From assembly GCF_009914755.1 (NCBI RefSeq), contig NC_060935.1: a stretch of DNA of 64,000 nucleotides, one strand, 5' to 3'. Position numbers and translations under genes: made by a program. The notes below the pieces were generated by a model. The model did not search any database, was not told the DNA's origin, and saw only the letters and a program-made list of their open reading frames with translations. The stretch comes from the human T2T-CHM13v2.0 reference genome, Homo sapiens. This document shows positions 1 through 40,660 of this stretch, in pieces (position 1 is the first letter of the stretch; each line of letters opens with the position of its first letter).

Positions 1-61
1 TTCAACAGTAAGCAAAGGGATTCCTTCCTCTGGGAACTCTTTTTTAATCCTCTCTATATTT

Positions 62-3415
<3,354 letters not shown>

Positions 3416-3419
3416 GATT

Positions 3420-3745
3420 TGTGGAAGCTAAATCAACTTCATATGCTAATCCATGTTGATTTATGATTAACTCCAGTTCTGAGAATGCCTCTTAAGATTT
3501 ATAGTTTCACATACTTACTGTATGTCCTGCCCTTCGGCAAATTCCCTATTATTGAATATAAGCCCTGGGTCTTGGGGGTAACTGCAAGGATCCACCAATT
3601 TGCAGTTGCATGAGACAAAGCTTCTGTTAGTAAGTCCTATTAAATATTGCTTTATGAGAAACTGGATTTGTCAGCCTCTTTCTATGGTCTCTCAGCTCCC
3701 TCGGCCTTTGGGGTAGGTTTTCATATGCCTGCCCACCACAGAATA
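3420..3745 (+). mobile_element. Old MER4-group ERV1 LTR (MER34/MER39-like)
   Basis: TATA-like ATATAAGCCCTGGG and a characteristic 3' part GAGAAACTGGATTTGTCAGCCTCTTTC...GGGGTAGGTTT...CCTGCCCACC. Confidence 0.6.
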
Positions 3746-3805
3746 GTATTATTGTTGTTTCACATAATTAATGATTATATAACAGTCATTCAACAGTACA
3801 GTACC

Positions 3806-5620
<1,815 letters not shown>

Positions 5621-6103
5621 TCCATCAGGATTTTATTTTCTTTCTACTGCAGTTACATCTTTAGAATTCCCTTTACAGGGGGTCTTTTGATATAAAGTCT
5701 ATTTTTGTCTGAAAATACCTTTATGGCACCCTCTTTGTTTTTTAAGATACTGTTGATGGATATAAAACTTAAGATTGACTAATATTTTCTGTAACCACTT
5801 TGAATATATTTTCCTATCTTCATTTTTGCAATTGAGAAGGCAGCCAACCATCTAATTACCTTTTTCCTGTAGGTGATCTGACTCTTTTCCTGTGACTTTT
5901 CACCATCCTTTTTTTTTCTTTATTTTTTTTTTAGGGTTGTGCATTTCACTATGATGTATCTAGATGTGGATTTTTTTGCTTGGGATTTACCTGGCTTTAT
6001 TGGGCTTCCTAGATCTGAATATTGATATATTATCCATGAATATTTTGATACCTGGATTACAGCTGAATTCTCCCAAAGATAAGTTACTTCTGACTGAGAG
6101 AGC

Positions 6104-6486
6104 TGTCAGGCCTCTGAGCCCAAGCTAAGCCATCATATCCCCTGTGACCTGCACGAATACATCCAGATGGCCTAAAGCAACTGAAGATCCACACAAGAAG
6201 TGAAAATAGCCTTAACTGATGACGTTCCATCACTGATTTGTTCCTGCCCCACCCTAACTGATAGGATATATTCTCCCCTGCCCTTAAGAAGGTACTTTGT
6301 AATATTCTGTCCCTCTCCCCCCGCCCACCGCCCCCCAACCCCCCCGCCCTTAAGAACTAATAATAATCCCACCACCCTTTGCTGACTCTCTTTTCGGACT
6401 CAGCCCGCCTGCACCCAGGTGATTAAAAAGCTTTATTGCTCACACAAAGCCTGTTTGGTGGTCTCTTCACACGGACGCGCATGACA
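6104..6486 (+). mobile_element. Solo HERV-H LTR (LTR7 family, probably LTR7C/B), internally shortened
   Basis: Starts TGTCAGGCCTCTGAGCCCAAGCTAAGCC and ends ...TCTTCACACGGACGCGCATGACA. Perfect 5-bp TSD AGAGC (6099-6103 and 6487-6491). Confidence 0.9.
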
Positions 6487-6643
6487 AGAGCTACCAAATA
6501 GCACCATTTAAAATTCCCTATTCGAAGGTTTTCTGAGTTTCACAGGTAGCATGAATTAAAACTGCAAAACTCATAAAAGCTAGCTTGTGTTATGAATCCG
6601 CAAGAAATAGCTTTCTCTTCTGTCAAGTTCCAAGTTCAAGATA

Positions 6644-8086
<1,443 letters not shown>

Positions 8087-8191
8087 GATAGGCAACTGTC
8101 TTTTCTGATGTCTTTTGCACAATGGAATTTATTTTTTCATTTTTCTTTATACTTCAGGTGTAGATCTGGGGAGCTTCAGCTTTATTCAGAA

Positions 8192-9053
<862 letters not shown>

Positions 9054-9258
9054 AGAAGGCTGATTTCTAGATTTCTCACCTAAGCATGTCCCAGACTTTA
9101 ACTTCTACAATTAAAGAAGTAGCTCCAAGAGGTCTTCAAAGCAGAAGACTCACATTCTTCAAGATTTAGCAGAAAACTCCAGGGCAAATACTGTCTTTAT
9201 CATATTACCTCTCAAGGTCTCTGAGTTTTCTTTTGTTTGGAGGCCTCTGCAGAGTTAT

Positions 9259-9995
9259 TGTTACAGTAAGTAATTAGTCAGGTATGAGCAGGGCAGGAGA
9301 GGGCCTCTTGCTCTACCAGAAATGTTAGGCAACCATCAGGTGATGGTCAGGCAGTTGTTAACTTTCTCTCTTGGTTGCAGCCAACACCAGGGAAAGGCAG
9401 TCTCCCAATATGTAGAAAAACCTGAAGCTGGTGATCAGCAGCTTCCTGATAAGATCTTAGGAGTTGGGCAAGTAGGCTCACACATGCGCACTAAGAGGCA
9501 AAATGGTGGAGTTTAACTGGTATATGACCTTATAGGAACACTTGACTGGTAAGGGAAGAATGCCTCAAATGAGCATGCATACAACTCCAGTAAACACACT
9601 GCACATGCTCACCTCCCAAGCGCTAGCAGGCCACTGCACATGTGGACAGCCCACTCCAATGGAAGAATCAGGAGAGAAGTAATGCAAGACCCTGGAAGCA
9701 TGCCAACATATAAAACCCCAAGTCAAAAGATCAGATTGTGCACTTGACTCTCTCAAGTCCCTCACTTGGCCCTCTTCCAAGTGTACTTTACTTCCTTTCA
9801 TTGCTGCCCTAAAACTTTTTAATAAACTTTAATTCCTGCTCTAAAATTTGCCTGGATCTCTCACTCTGCTTTATGCCCATGAGGTGAATTCTTTCTTCTT
9901 AAGAGGCAAGAATTGAGGTTGCTGCAGACCTTACGTATTCGCTGTCGGTAACATGCTTTGGTGCTCTGTGACTTGGATATGTTCCGCTGCTAACA
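9259..9995 (+). mobile_element. Solo MER51-family LTR (ERV1)
   Basis: Starts TGTTACAGTAAGTAATTAGTCAGGTATGAGCAGGGCAGGAGAGGG and ends GCTAACA. TATAAAA at ~9709, AATAAA at 9821. TSD TTAT (9255-9258 and 9996-9999). Confidence 0.82.
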
Positions 9996-10202
9996 TTATT
10001 ACTTTCATATCAGCTCAGTAATGCATTTTAAATTATTTTATGTGCCTTATATTTTATTTAGTTTGAAGGGTCATTCAGGTGTCTAATTGACATTACTGCC
10101 TGAAATGGAATTTTGCATTTACTTAATCTATAATATAAAAGTGTTGAGCCATTAAAACAATTTTTTAAATCCAGCAACAGATTTATTTATTTAAAAATAT
10201 TA

Positions 10203-12640
<2,438 letters not shown>

Positions 12641-12649
12641 ATTATGGAT

Positions 12650-13555
12650 AAAACACAGTTCCAAATTAATAATATCCAAATGATCAATAAACATAAGATA
12701 TTCACTATCATTAGTCATCAAAGAAATGCAATGACATTCCACTACATGCCCAAAGGAACTGCTAACTTTTTAAATGATAATACCAAAATTGATAAGGATG
12801 TGTAACTACTGGAATTCTAATATACTGCTGGCAGGAATAGAAAGAAGTATAACCAGTTTAGAAAACTTTTTGGCAGTATAGCTGCTAGAGCTGAACATAT
12901 GCATATGCCATGACCCTGCAAACCCACTCCTAGGTGTATGCGCAAGAGAAAATGAATACATATTCGCGAACAGAAGAATGTTCATAACCTTTTTTTTTTT
13001 TTTTTTTTTTTTGAGACAGTCTCTCACTCTGTCACCCAGGCTGGAGTGCAGTGGCACAATCTTGGCTCACTGCAACCTCCACCTCCCAGGTTCAAGTGAT
13101 CCTCCACCTCAGCCTCCCAAGTAGCTGGGACCACAGGCGTGTGCCACTACGCCCAGCTAATTTTTGTATTTTTTGTAGGCACAGGGTTTTGCCAGGCTGC
13201 CTAGGCCAGTCTCAAACTCCTGGGCTTAAGCAATCCACCTGCCTCAGCCTCCCAAAGTGCTGGGTTACAGGTGTGAGCCACTGCACCCGGCTCCATTTTT
13301 ATTAGTTATAGCCTCAAACTGGAAAACACCCAAGTACCCATCAACAGAATAAACTGTTGTATATTCCTACAATACTATAGTACATGAAAAGAACAAAGTA
13401 CTGCTATGAGAAACAAATTGAGATGAATCTCACACGCATAATATTGAGTGACAAAAGCCATTACATACTGCATGCTTCCATTTATGTGAATTTCAAGAAA
13501 ACCAAGAAGGTAAAACTAATCCATTATGATAAGAGTCAGAATAGTGGTTACCTTT
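12650..13555 (+). mobile_element. Old L1M (L1ME-like) 3' fragment
   Basis: CATTAGTCATCAAAGAAATGCAA, ATGACCCTGCAAACCCACTCCTAGGTGTAT and ATGAATCTCAC...GAGTGACAAAAGCCA motifs. Confidence 0.6.
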
Positions 13556-13556
13556 G

Positions 13557-14325
13557 GTGTTATGAATTGAATTGTGTCCCCACAAAAAATATGTCAAAGT
13601 CCTAATCCAGGTACCTGTGAATGTGACCTTATTTGGAAATAGGGTCTATGAGAATGTAATCAAGTAGGATAAGATCAGAGTGGATTCAGGTGAGACCTAA
13701 TTCAATGATTGATGTGCTTATAAGAAGAGGACAATTTGGACCAGGCACGGTGGCTCACACCTGTAATCCCAGCATTTTGGGAGGCCAAGGTGGGCAGATC
13801 ACCTGAGGTCGGGAGTTCAAGACCAGCCTGACCAACATGGAGAAACCCCATCTCTACTAAAAATACAAAAAATTAGCTGGGCATGGTGGCGCATGCCTGT
13901 AATCCCAGCTACTCAGGAGGCTGAGGCAGGAGAATCACTTGAACCTGGGAGGTGGAGGTTGTGGTGAACCGAGATCATGCCATTGTACTCCAGCCTGGGC
14001 AACAAGAGTGAATTCCATCTCAAAAAAAAAAAAAAAAAAAAAAGGAAGAGGGTAATTTGGACATAGAGACATAGAAGGAGAATGCCATGTGACGATGGAG
14101 GCAGAGACTGGATAGAGGTCACTGCAAGCTAAGGAACACCAGGGATTGTTGGCAACCACCTGAGTCTAGGAGAAGGGGCATGGAACAGATTCTCCCACAG
14201 AGCATCCAGAAGGAATCAACCTCACCCATACCTTGATTTTTACCTTCTAGCCTCCAGATCTGTGAAATAATAAATTTCTGTTGGTTTAAGCCACCCAGTC
14301 TGTGATAATCTGGGAAACTAATACA
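13557..14325 (+). mobile_element. MLT1B/C-type MaLR LTR with an internal Alu (~13739-14045)
   Basis: TGTTATGAATTGAATTGTGTCCCC...GAATGTGACCTTATTTGGAAATAGGGTC ... GGAAACTAATACA. Confidence 0.75.
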
Positions 14326-15039
14326 CTGTGGAGAAATATCAACTGGGAGAGAGTAGGAAGGAGACTTCTGGGACATAAACATAATTTATATCTTCATGTA
14401 AGGAGTGGTTACATGGTATATACATATGTAAAAATTCACCGACCCACACTTTTATGTGCACTTTAAGGTATACCCAATTTTTAAAATGTACAAGAAAAGA
14501 AAAACAAATGGGAAAAAAAATAGTACATAAAATAAAGCTTAGTTAGGTTTAGAGTGACATAAAAGATAATCTCATGGTTGGCTGTGATGGCTCATGACTG
14601 AAATCCCGGCAACTTTGAGAAGCCAAGGCAGGAAAACGCTTGAGCCCAGGAGTTTGAGGCCAGCCTGGGTGACAGAGCAAGACTTCGACTCTTAAAAAAT
14701 AAAAATAAAAATAAAAGATAACCCCTTTGAGCACACTCATCTTAATATTTTAGAGCTTTTGCTTATGCAGAGTACATTATACTATTCTATCTACTTTTGT
14801 AAATGTTTGTTTGAAAATGTCCATACTAAAAAGTTTTTTTTTAAAAAAACACATAGCCACTAGGAGTTTGGGAAATCTAAAATTTTTGCTTTCCTGTGTG
14901 CAAATGAGGAAGGCACACTAGAAGGAAACTGAACACGGATCAAGCGCTAAGCCATTGTGTTACCGCGTAAATGAAACACAAAAAGGGTGATGTAAACTGG
15001 AAAGCCCCTTTCCCACAGTAGCTTCCATCTCTCCAGTAA

Positions 15040-17055
<2,016 letters not shown>

Positions 17056-18052
17056 CCTAAAAATTGAAGTGCTTTTGAAAATTTTCCAGGCAGAAGTAAA
17101 AAGAGAAGGGGTTTGGACATTTAGGATGTAATGGAACACCCTTTAAAAGTGCTGCTAGCAAAAAGTAAGTAAGTAAGCACTTGAGAAATTTGGGCATATA
17201 GTATTGAGTGCATATGAAGATGATATTTTAAGCTCACGAATGAACTAAAAGTCTTATTGAACTGCTGGCAGTTTTGAAAAGTATTGAAAAACTATAGTGG
17301 CACAAAGAATTGAAAAGGCAAATACAGCGCCATCCTGTATCAATTGCATATGCCTTGTTCCTTAATGTTTCTTACAATTATCCTTACAGGCTCTGCCACT
17401 TGTCAGCAAAAATTAAATGGCAGAGTTATAGTGATATCATTACTGAGATGCTGCCTACTTTTACAAAACACTCCTTAAGACATTTACTAATGCACTACAG
17501 TGTATTGCTATAAATAATTAAAATCAAATAAATTCAGAATAGCTAAATAATTTAAACATTTGTCAAAATAAATCAGCTAAGAATATTCTGAGGTTTAATG
17601 TATTTGATTTTCATGCTTTGATTTACTTGTTTTGTGTTAAATTAGATAAGATAAAAAAGTTAAACTTTTAATTCATCTATGCCAAATAACATCGGCTTTA
17701 CTGTGCGGCAAGACACATTAGTTAGAAAACAAATACACAAACACAAAGGACTTATAAATTGATCATGAAATTTGGGTGGGTTCCCCGTGAGTCATGAGTA
17801 CTTGAAGTTCAAATGGCAGTCCTGTGTACAGACAAATTTTCACACACCATATGTCCCAATTTTTAATTTAATGTATATGACTCTTGGGCTCAAGACACTA
17901 TTGTATGTATTAATGGATATATAGGTATATGTGTTCTTGGTATCAAGAAATTAGCAATATCAGCCAGGCACGGTGGCCCACACTGTATGGATCACCTGAG
18001 GTCAGGAGTTTGAGACCAGCCTGGCCAACATAGTTATACCCCATCTCTACTA

Positions 18053-18244
<192 letters not shown>

Positions 18245-18374
18245 TTAAGAGAAATAAGGCATATGCATTAAAAGTTAATTGACAAAGTAAGGCACTAAAT
18301 GTTAGTATGATAAATTATATAGGAATTCAAAACTAGATGAGATGGCTCTGAATTAACTCAAAGAAACCTTACTG

Positions 18375-18426
18375 GGAAGAAGAAGGAGAAGGAGAAGGAG
18401 AAGAGAAGGAGAAGGAGAAGGAGAAG
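18375..18426. repeat. (GGAGAA)n purine repeat
   Basis: GAAGAAGAAGGAGAAGGAGAAGGAGAAGAGAAGGAGAAGGAGAAGGAGAAG. Confidence 0.85.
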
Positions 18427-18923
18427 CCTCTTTCCCTGAGCTTTAAATTATGATTAGGTCCTGGATAGGCTATGAATAAGGGAGAATTTGGAAGCCAGGT
18501 AAAAAGTGGAGTATAACATGAAAGAATAGGCAAAACGGCCTGGCTGAAAGAGGGGATTTCATGATAGGAAACAGGAAAAGAGAAGGAAAGAAAGGCAAAT
18601 TGAAACTTCACTGTTAATAGTCTTGAGTTTTATAAGTCAAGAAGTTTCCATTTCCTTCTATGAAACAGTGGACAGTCATTAAGAGGCTTTTTGAGTAGTA
18701 GAGTTCTAAGAAGGTTGCTCATGTAGAATAAGTTAGCAAGGATTCTGAATGTACAGCGGGCCATTAGAAGGTAATTATTACAGCACCACAAGTGGTAACA
18801 GGGTCCACTTTAGTAGTGATGATAGCAGTACCAAAGACGGGACCAAAACAAAGGAAATAGCTATAGAGTTTGGTGATTGCTTGCCAAGGAAATGAAAGAG
18901 ATGAAAGGTAACCTGAAGATGTT

Positions 18924-20343
<1,420 letters not shown>

Positions 20344-20828
20344 AACCTGAAAATTTTGAGAGTGACTGAGAGACTGATGGTACCATTGACAGAGAAAGAT
20401 AAATCAGGAGTCAGTTTGTAAAGAAGAAAGCGAGTTTGATTTTCAAGCATGTTGTAGTTCAAGGAGCAGCTGAGCTTTCAGGGAGTCAAGTCTGGGCCTG
20501 TTACATGGAAAAGACAATAGCAGAGAGAAAGATTTGAGGTTTTTTTTTGGCCTAGAAGCGGTGGCTGAAAAGATTAAACTGAACTAAATTCCCTAAGGAT
20601 GAGAATGTAAATAGAGAAGAACAGAACCAAACCTAGAAAATACCCTATTTACAGGATGCAAGAGGAAGAGAGGCTATTGTGGAGGCCAAAACACTTAATG
20701 GATCTCAGTGCAGGAAATGGAAATATGAAACATGAGTGATGATAATGATTATTATTTTAGAAGTTTGTCCCTCAATATTATTCAAGTAAATATAAGATGT
20801 TGAAGTTTTACTTAAGAATAATGAAAAG

Positions 20829-25978
<5,150 letters not shown>

Positions 25979-26256
25979 ATAGTTATTCAATAATCTGAAA
26001 GAACTTTATTCTTAGCTTTATTAAGTTATCAAGAAGTAATGGACCAGTCAGGAACAAGGGCTAGAAGTAAAATGTAATTACTTGCTATACCATCTTCCCA
26101 TAGTCTTTAGTGAAAAGCACTAAAGGCCTGAATTTCTCTAGTATTAATAAAAATGAAAGCACTTTTAAGCATTATAGTCAGCATACTCCTAAGATTAGGG
26201 GAAAACACCAAGACAATTATGATCTTTCTAAACTTTGGGGGAGTAGACTCACATAA

Positions 26257-26810
<554 letters not shown>

Positions 26811-26836
26811 TAGTATTAACAGAGACAGGGTTTTGA

Positions 26837-27022
<186 letters not shown>

Positions 27023-28303
27023 TGATCTAGGGCTTTAAAAATCAGATACTTTACCTTTTTACACTTGAAAAGGAGAAAGAGGTTGCACAAATTGTAAGTG
27101 AGGTAACTGGGATTTGAACCCAAGTACTAAAACCTACCTCTGTCTTCAAATCTCATATTCTTTTTTTCTTATTTTTGTGGGTATATAATAGGTGCATATA
27201 TTTAATTTCATACCGTTAATCACCCTGTTTTCTGCTTTTCAATTAAGAAGATTAGGCATATTCTTCCAAAACCACAAGTCAAATGTCTGTATGCCTTCCA
27301 CCAGTCATCATTTGGAGAAGGTGTTTTTCTCAAAAGCAAAATCCTAAGTGAGGGGAAATCTAAGGTACAGGCCACTTACCTTTTCATTCATTCATTCAAT
27401 CATTAAGTTCTGAGTGCTTACTCTGTGTCAGACACTGTCCCCGTACTACATATATATAGCATGGAAGATGGGGTGGGGAAATGAGCAAATAAATAATACA
27501 TAGGAAGACTACTGGATAGTTATAAGCGCTAGTGGTAGAAAGGGAGGAGTGGGAAAGCAGAAATTGATAATAATAACCCTGAACTTGAAAACAGAAGCAC
27601 TAAGTACTAGCTTGGTTTTGCCACACACTAGAGTTTGGTGCTTGGGCAATTCACCTCACTCCCTTAGATCTTAGTTCATCACACATCAAATAAGTCATTT
27701 TGAAACATATTGTACTGAGCAGATGTGTTTATATTTGTTCCTTTCCAAAATCCCAGTGAGTAATAGTAAACAAATTAACAACAACAACAACAAAAGAGAC
27801 TTAAACCCACAAAGACAACAGAAGAAAAGACAACAGTAGACAAGGATGTCAACCACATTTTGGAAGAGACAAGTAATCAAACACATGGCAACTGACAGTG
27901 GAAATGAGGAAGCTGAAGCCTCCTGTGGAAAGTCGGAAGCCAAAACAACCCACCAGAGAGAACAAAATGAACTCAGAGCAAACATAGACTAAGCAGGGAC
28001 TAAAGGAAAACTTCGAAGATAATAATTAATATCATGAAACAAGAAGAGCACAGTGTACAAAGAAAATAATCAGAGAGCAACAACAAAAACAACAAAAAAC
28101 TGGCTGGGTGTGGTGTTTTACATCTGTAATCCCAGCACTTTGTGAGACCAAAGTGGGAAGATTGCTTGAGCCCAGGAGTTAAAGACCAGCCAGGGCAACA
28201 TAGAAAGACCCATCTCTAAAACAATAATAATAATAGATCAGCCAGGCATGTTGGCACACACCTGCAGTCCCAGCTACGCTGGGAGGCTGAGGTGGGTGGA
28301 TCA

Positions 28304-31457
<3,154 letters not shown>

Positions 31458-31812
31458 TATTCTGTATTCTGGCTGGTTGTTTGCGTCTCCTTCTGCAGTC
31501 ATCCACAGGAATGCAGTGGTACAGCTCCAGGAAGTGCTTTCAGAATTTTAGGCAGTCCCATGCTGGCTCTTTCACATGCATGACTTTCTTCTGTCCATAG
31601 AAAAACACTCACTCATCCTTTGCCCAAAGAACAAAAAATCCAGGTTAGTTCCAACACAGGCAACCTCTTCTTGGCTCCTCCATTAGGAGGGATAACCAGC
31701 AAGGTGCTCACCTTTTAGATTTCCTAAGTGGAGCTAAACACACCCCACAACTGCAGGGGGTACACATTGAGCTTAGTGAGTGGTCCCGTTGAGGCTCTTT
31801 CCCTGGACTTGA

Positions 31813-32386
<574 letters not shown>

Positions 32387-34123
32387 TGAGTAGCTGGGAT
32401 TACAGGCACTCACCACCACACTTGACTAATTTTTGTATTTTTAGTAGAGACCGGTTTTCACCATGTTGCCCAGGCTGGTCTCGAACTCCTGAGCTTAAGC
32501 AATCCACCTGCCTCAGCCTTTTGAAGTGCTGGGGTTACAGACCTGAGCCACGGCACCCAATCTAGGTGATTTTTTATATTCTGTATATAGTTATGGGTTT
32601 ATGAGTTCAATGGCCAGTTTGAGATGTCTCCTTTGAAATCTCTGTATCTTGGTCTGAACGCTTACTTTGGAATATGTTCTCCATTGTGCAGGGGATTCAG
32701 TTGAGATTTCCATCATATTTTGTTACTCTTTAATAAAAATTAAAATTAAAATGACAGGCTATCACTAAACTGCATCATCTGTAAGTTCTCCTACAGCTCT
32801 AAAAATTGTATTGTGTGGGTAGGGAGAGGTACAGTTGAAGAGAAGAGCAAAATGCTAACAATGGTGACACTGAGAAGAGAATTTATGTAACTGTGTGGCG
32901 TGATGTGGTCAGGTAAGGGTATAGTGTCTGGCCATGATGCATTCCCCATTACTGTCCCCAAAAGCTTTAGAGGACAAGAGGAGCTAGCTGCAAGGGTGAC
33001 CACACAAGACTTCAAAGAACTAGTGGCCAGATACCATCATTTGAAGAGACCTGAAGAAAGAAAGTGGTTCAGAAAAACAAAAAACCTTTTTTCTTATCAA
33101 TTTTGAGATCTTTAGGATGTTAGGGAAATACAGTTCAATAGATTAAACTCTCAGGAGGACTATAATAGTGACTTTTTAATAATATACCAGGTCTGTATGT
33201 TTTTTAATAAAAATAGATGGCATTCTTTTTCAGTAACTCCATGGATGCATTATTGAAGAATGAAGGCTACATTCAGGCTGCCTATTACTAATGAAATGTT
33301 GCTTGATAGAAAATATAGTAAGAGCTAAGCCATTTCTTAAGGAATAATCAGAGTCCAAGCATTTAGCTCTGATAAGGTGAATAGATCCCAAACACTCTTT
33401 GGTAGACTTCCAATCAGAAATAACTGGTGTCTGAGAAGGTTTAGAATTGGAAGAGAGCCAATTCTTTCTCTATCCTCTCCCTCAATAATATTGATTTTTT
33501 AGTATCTTTGTACAGTTAAAATTTCTGAGTGTTTTAGGTTTGGGACCAGAGGAAAATTTCAAAACTTTCACAGTTCCGAAATTCAAACAAAATGGCTTTC
33601 TTTAATGATCTTGAAATTCACTGTGATGATTTATACTCTAACCTTTAAGTCATTTAATTTTCAGTGGTGGGAAACATTAGGTAACGAAAAATTACAGTGA
33701 TCAATCATCAAGTTAGTCGCCCTCAGCAAAATTGTCCATTTGATAGGAAAAATTGCATGTCATTTATTTAATTTGCCTCTATTTGATGACTAGTGAGGCT
33801 GGACTTTTTTAAGTGCTTAACGGCCGTTTATATATTTTTATTTGTGAATAACCTTTTGATAGGTAGAGAGCGTCTTTTGATAAATTAGGTAGCAATTTTC
33901 AGTAAGGTAAACACACTGTGTTCTGTCCCCACTATTTTTTAATTTGCACCTTAATGACATGATACTCCTTATAATTGAATAGATTACAGACCCCTAGACA
34001 TAACACAAAACAAAAACAAACCAACAAAAAACAACCGTCATCTCAAATGTGAATCACTATTAATGTTTCTGCCATCACTGATCTGCTCTCTATTTTCAGA
34101 CAAGATATGAATCTAAAAAGTCA

Positions 34124-34468
<345 letters not shown>

Positions 34469-34478
34469 TTACCTTTGA

Positions 34479-34781
<303 letters not shown>

Positions 34782-35143
34782 TGACCAGAATGGTCTCGAA
34801 TTCCTGACCTCAGGTGATCTGCCTGCCTCAGCCTCCCAAAGTGTTGGGATTACAGGCGTGAGCCACCTCACCCAGCCCTACATGTATTTTCATGTTGAGT
34901 GGATAGACACAGGCATTTGGTTTTACCTGATTTAAAATTTTCTCAGGTTAAGTTACTGAAGCCATCCTCCACTATATAAAACTTTGAGGTCTATGTCCTC
35001 TGTGTGCTGTAGTGAATCCCAAAGTACCTCCTGAGGAGGGGGTAGGCCCTGCCCAAGGGTGCTCCCTTTGCCTGCCTTTATGCCCTTCTATGCCAACTTT
35101 CAAATGAGGTTGTCAATCCTCTCTCCAGCCCAGCTTACTGTTA

Positions 35144-35454
<311 letters not shown>

Positions 35455-35455
35455 G

Positions 35456-35925
35456 CTTTTCCTCCCTGATGCAAACGAGGTCGCACGCATGAGGCTTCTC
35501 CGCCGCCGCCGCCGCAGACGCCGCGGCGATGCGCTACGTCGCCTCCTACCTGCTGGCTGCCCTCGGGGGTAACTCCTCCCCCAGCGCCAAGGACATCAAG
35601 AAGATCTTGGACAGCGTGGGCATCGAGGAGGATTACGACCGGCTCAACAAGGTTATCAGTGAGCTGAATGGAGAAAACAATGAAGACGTCATTGCCTAGA
35701 GTATTGGCAAGCTTGCCAGTGTACCTGCCGGTGTGGCTGTGGCCATCTCTGTTGCCCCAGGCTCTGCAGCCCCTGCTGCTGGTTCCGCCCCTGCTGCAGC
35801 AGAGGAGAAGAAAGATGAGAAGGAGGAGTCTGAGGAGTCGGACGATGACATGGGATTTGGCCTCTTTGATTAAATTCCTGCTCCCCTGCAAATAAAGCCT
35901 TTTTACACATCAAAAAAATAAAAAT
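35456..35925 (+). pseudogene. RPLP2P: Full-length processed pseudogene of ribosomal protein P2 (RPLP2)
   Basis: 5'TOP-like start CTTTTCCTCCC at 35456 and ATG at 35529. Intronless frame MRYVASYLLAALGGNSSPSAKDIKKILDSVGIE...[23 protein letters not shown] ends TAA at 35871-35873. Premature TAG at 35697-35699 (Gln57) and one Lys codon missing versus the parent as I recall it. AATAAA at 35891-35896 and A-tail from ~35912. Confidence 0.95.
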
Positions 35926-36267
35926 AAAAATAAATACATAAATACATAAAAATAAAAATTTAGGACCCTACCTTTAAAAATTAAAATTTAGGACCCTACC
36001 TTTTTGAGTGCTGGGGTTATACTCCAGGTGCCTGGCATTGAGAATAACATTGAACTCACAATCCTTGTCCAAAGTAAGACAAATAGTATTTATGGAAGTT
36101 TGACTGAGTGGTCTATACCCCTAGCATATGTCAAGATCTATCCCTAGGAAAGACCAAACCAGAAGAGAGCTAGCTAGGCCCCAGCCTCTTATCATCTCTT
36201 CTTGCTGAATTATGCTCAGACATGACGCCATTGATCTACACTGAAGGGCATTTACATGAAACTATAA

Positions 36268-36860
<593 letters not shown>

Positions 36861-37214
36861 TAATGCCTAAATTTTTTCAGCCTTTTTTTTTTTTTTTTTT
36901 TTTTTTAAGATAGGGTCTCTCTGTGTCACCCAGGCTAGAGCGCAGTGGTGTGATCACAGCTCACTGCAGCCACAACCTCCTGGGCTCTAGACAATCCTCC
37001 CACCTCAGCCTCCTGAGTAGCTGGGACTATAGGCGCACACCATCACTTCCAGCTAATTTTTGTATATTTTGTAGAGATGGAGTTTTGCTATGTTGGCCAG
37101 GCTGGTCTTGAATTCCTGGACTCAAGCAATCTGCCCACCTCAGCCTCCCAAAGTGCCAGAATTAAAGGTGTGAGCCATAGTGCCTAGCCTTATTTTTTTC
37201 ATCTTCTAAAAATT

Positions 37215-38315
<1,101 letters not shown>

Positions 38316-38446
38316 AAGGCTTCAATTTATAATCACTCATGTAATTTAAAAAATCCAACAGTACCTCTTGCTTTGGCTATAGTTTGATGCAGGGGATGAA
38401 ATGATGTCACAAGAACCCAGTTTTTTTCCTGGGTTTAAGAGCATTG

Positions 38447-40660
<2,214 letters not shown>

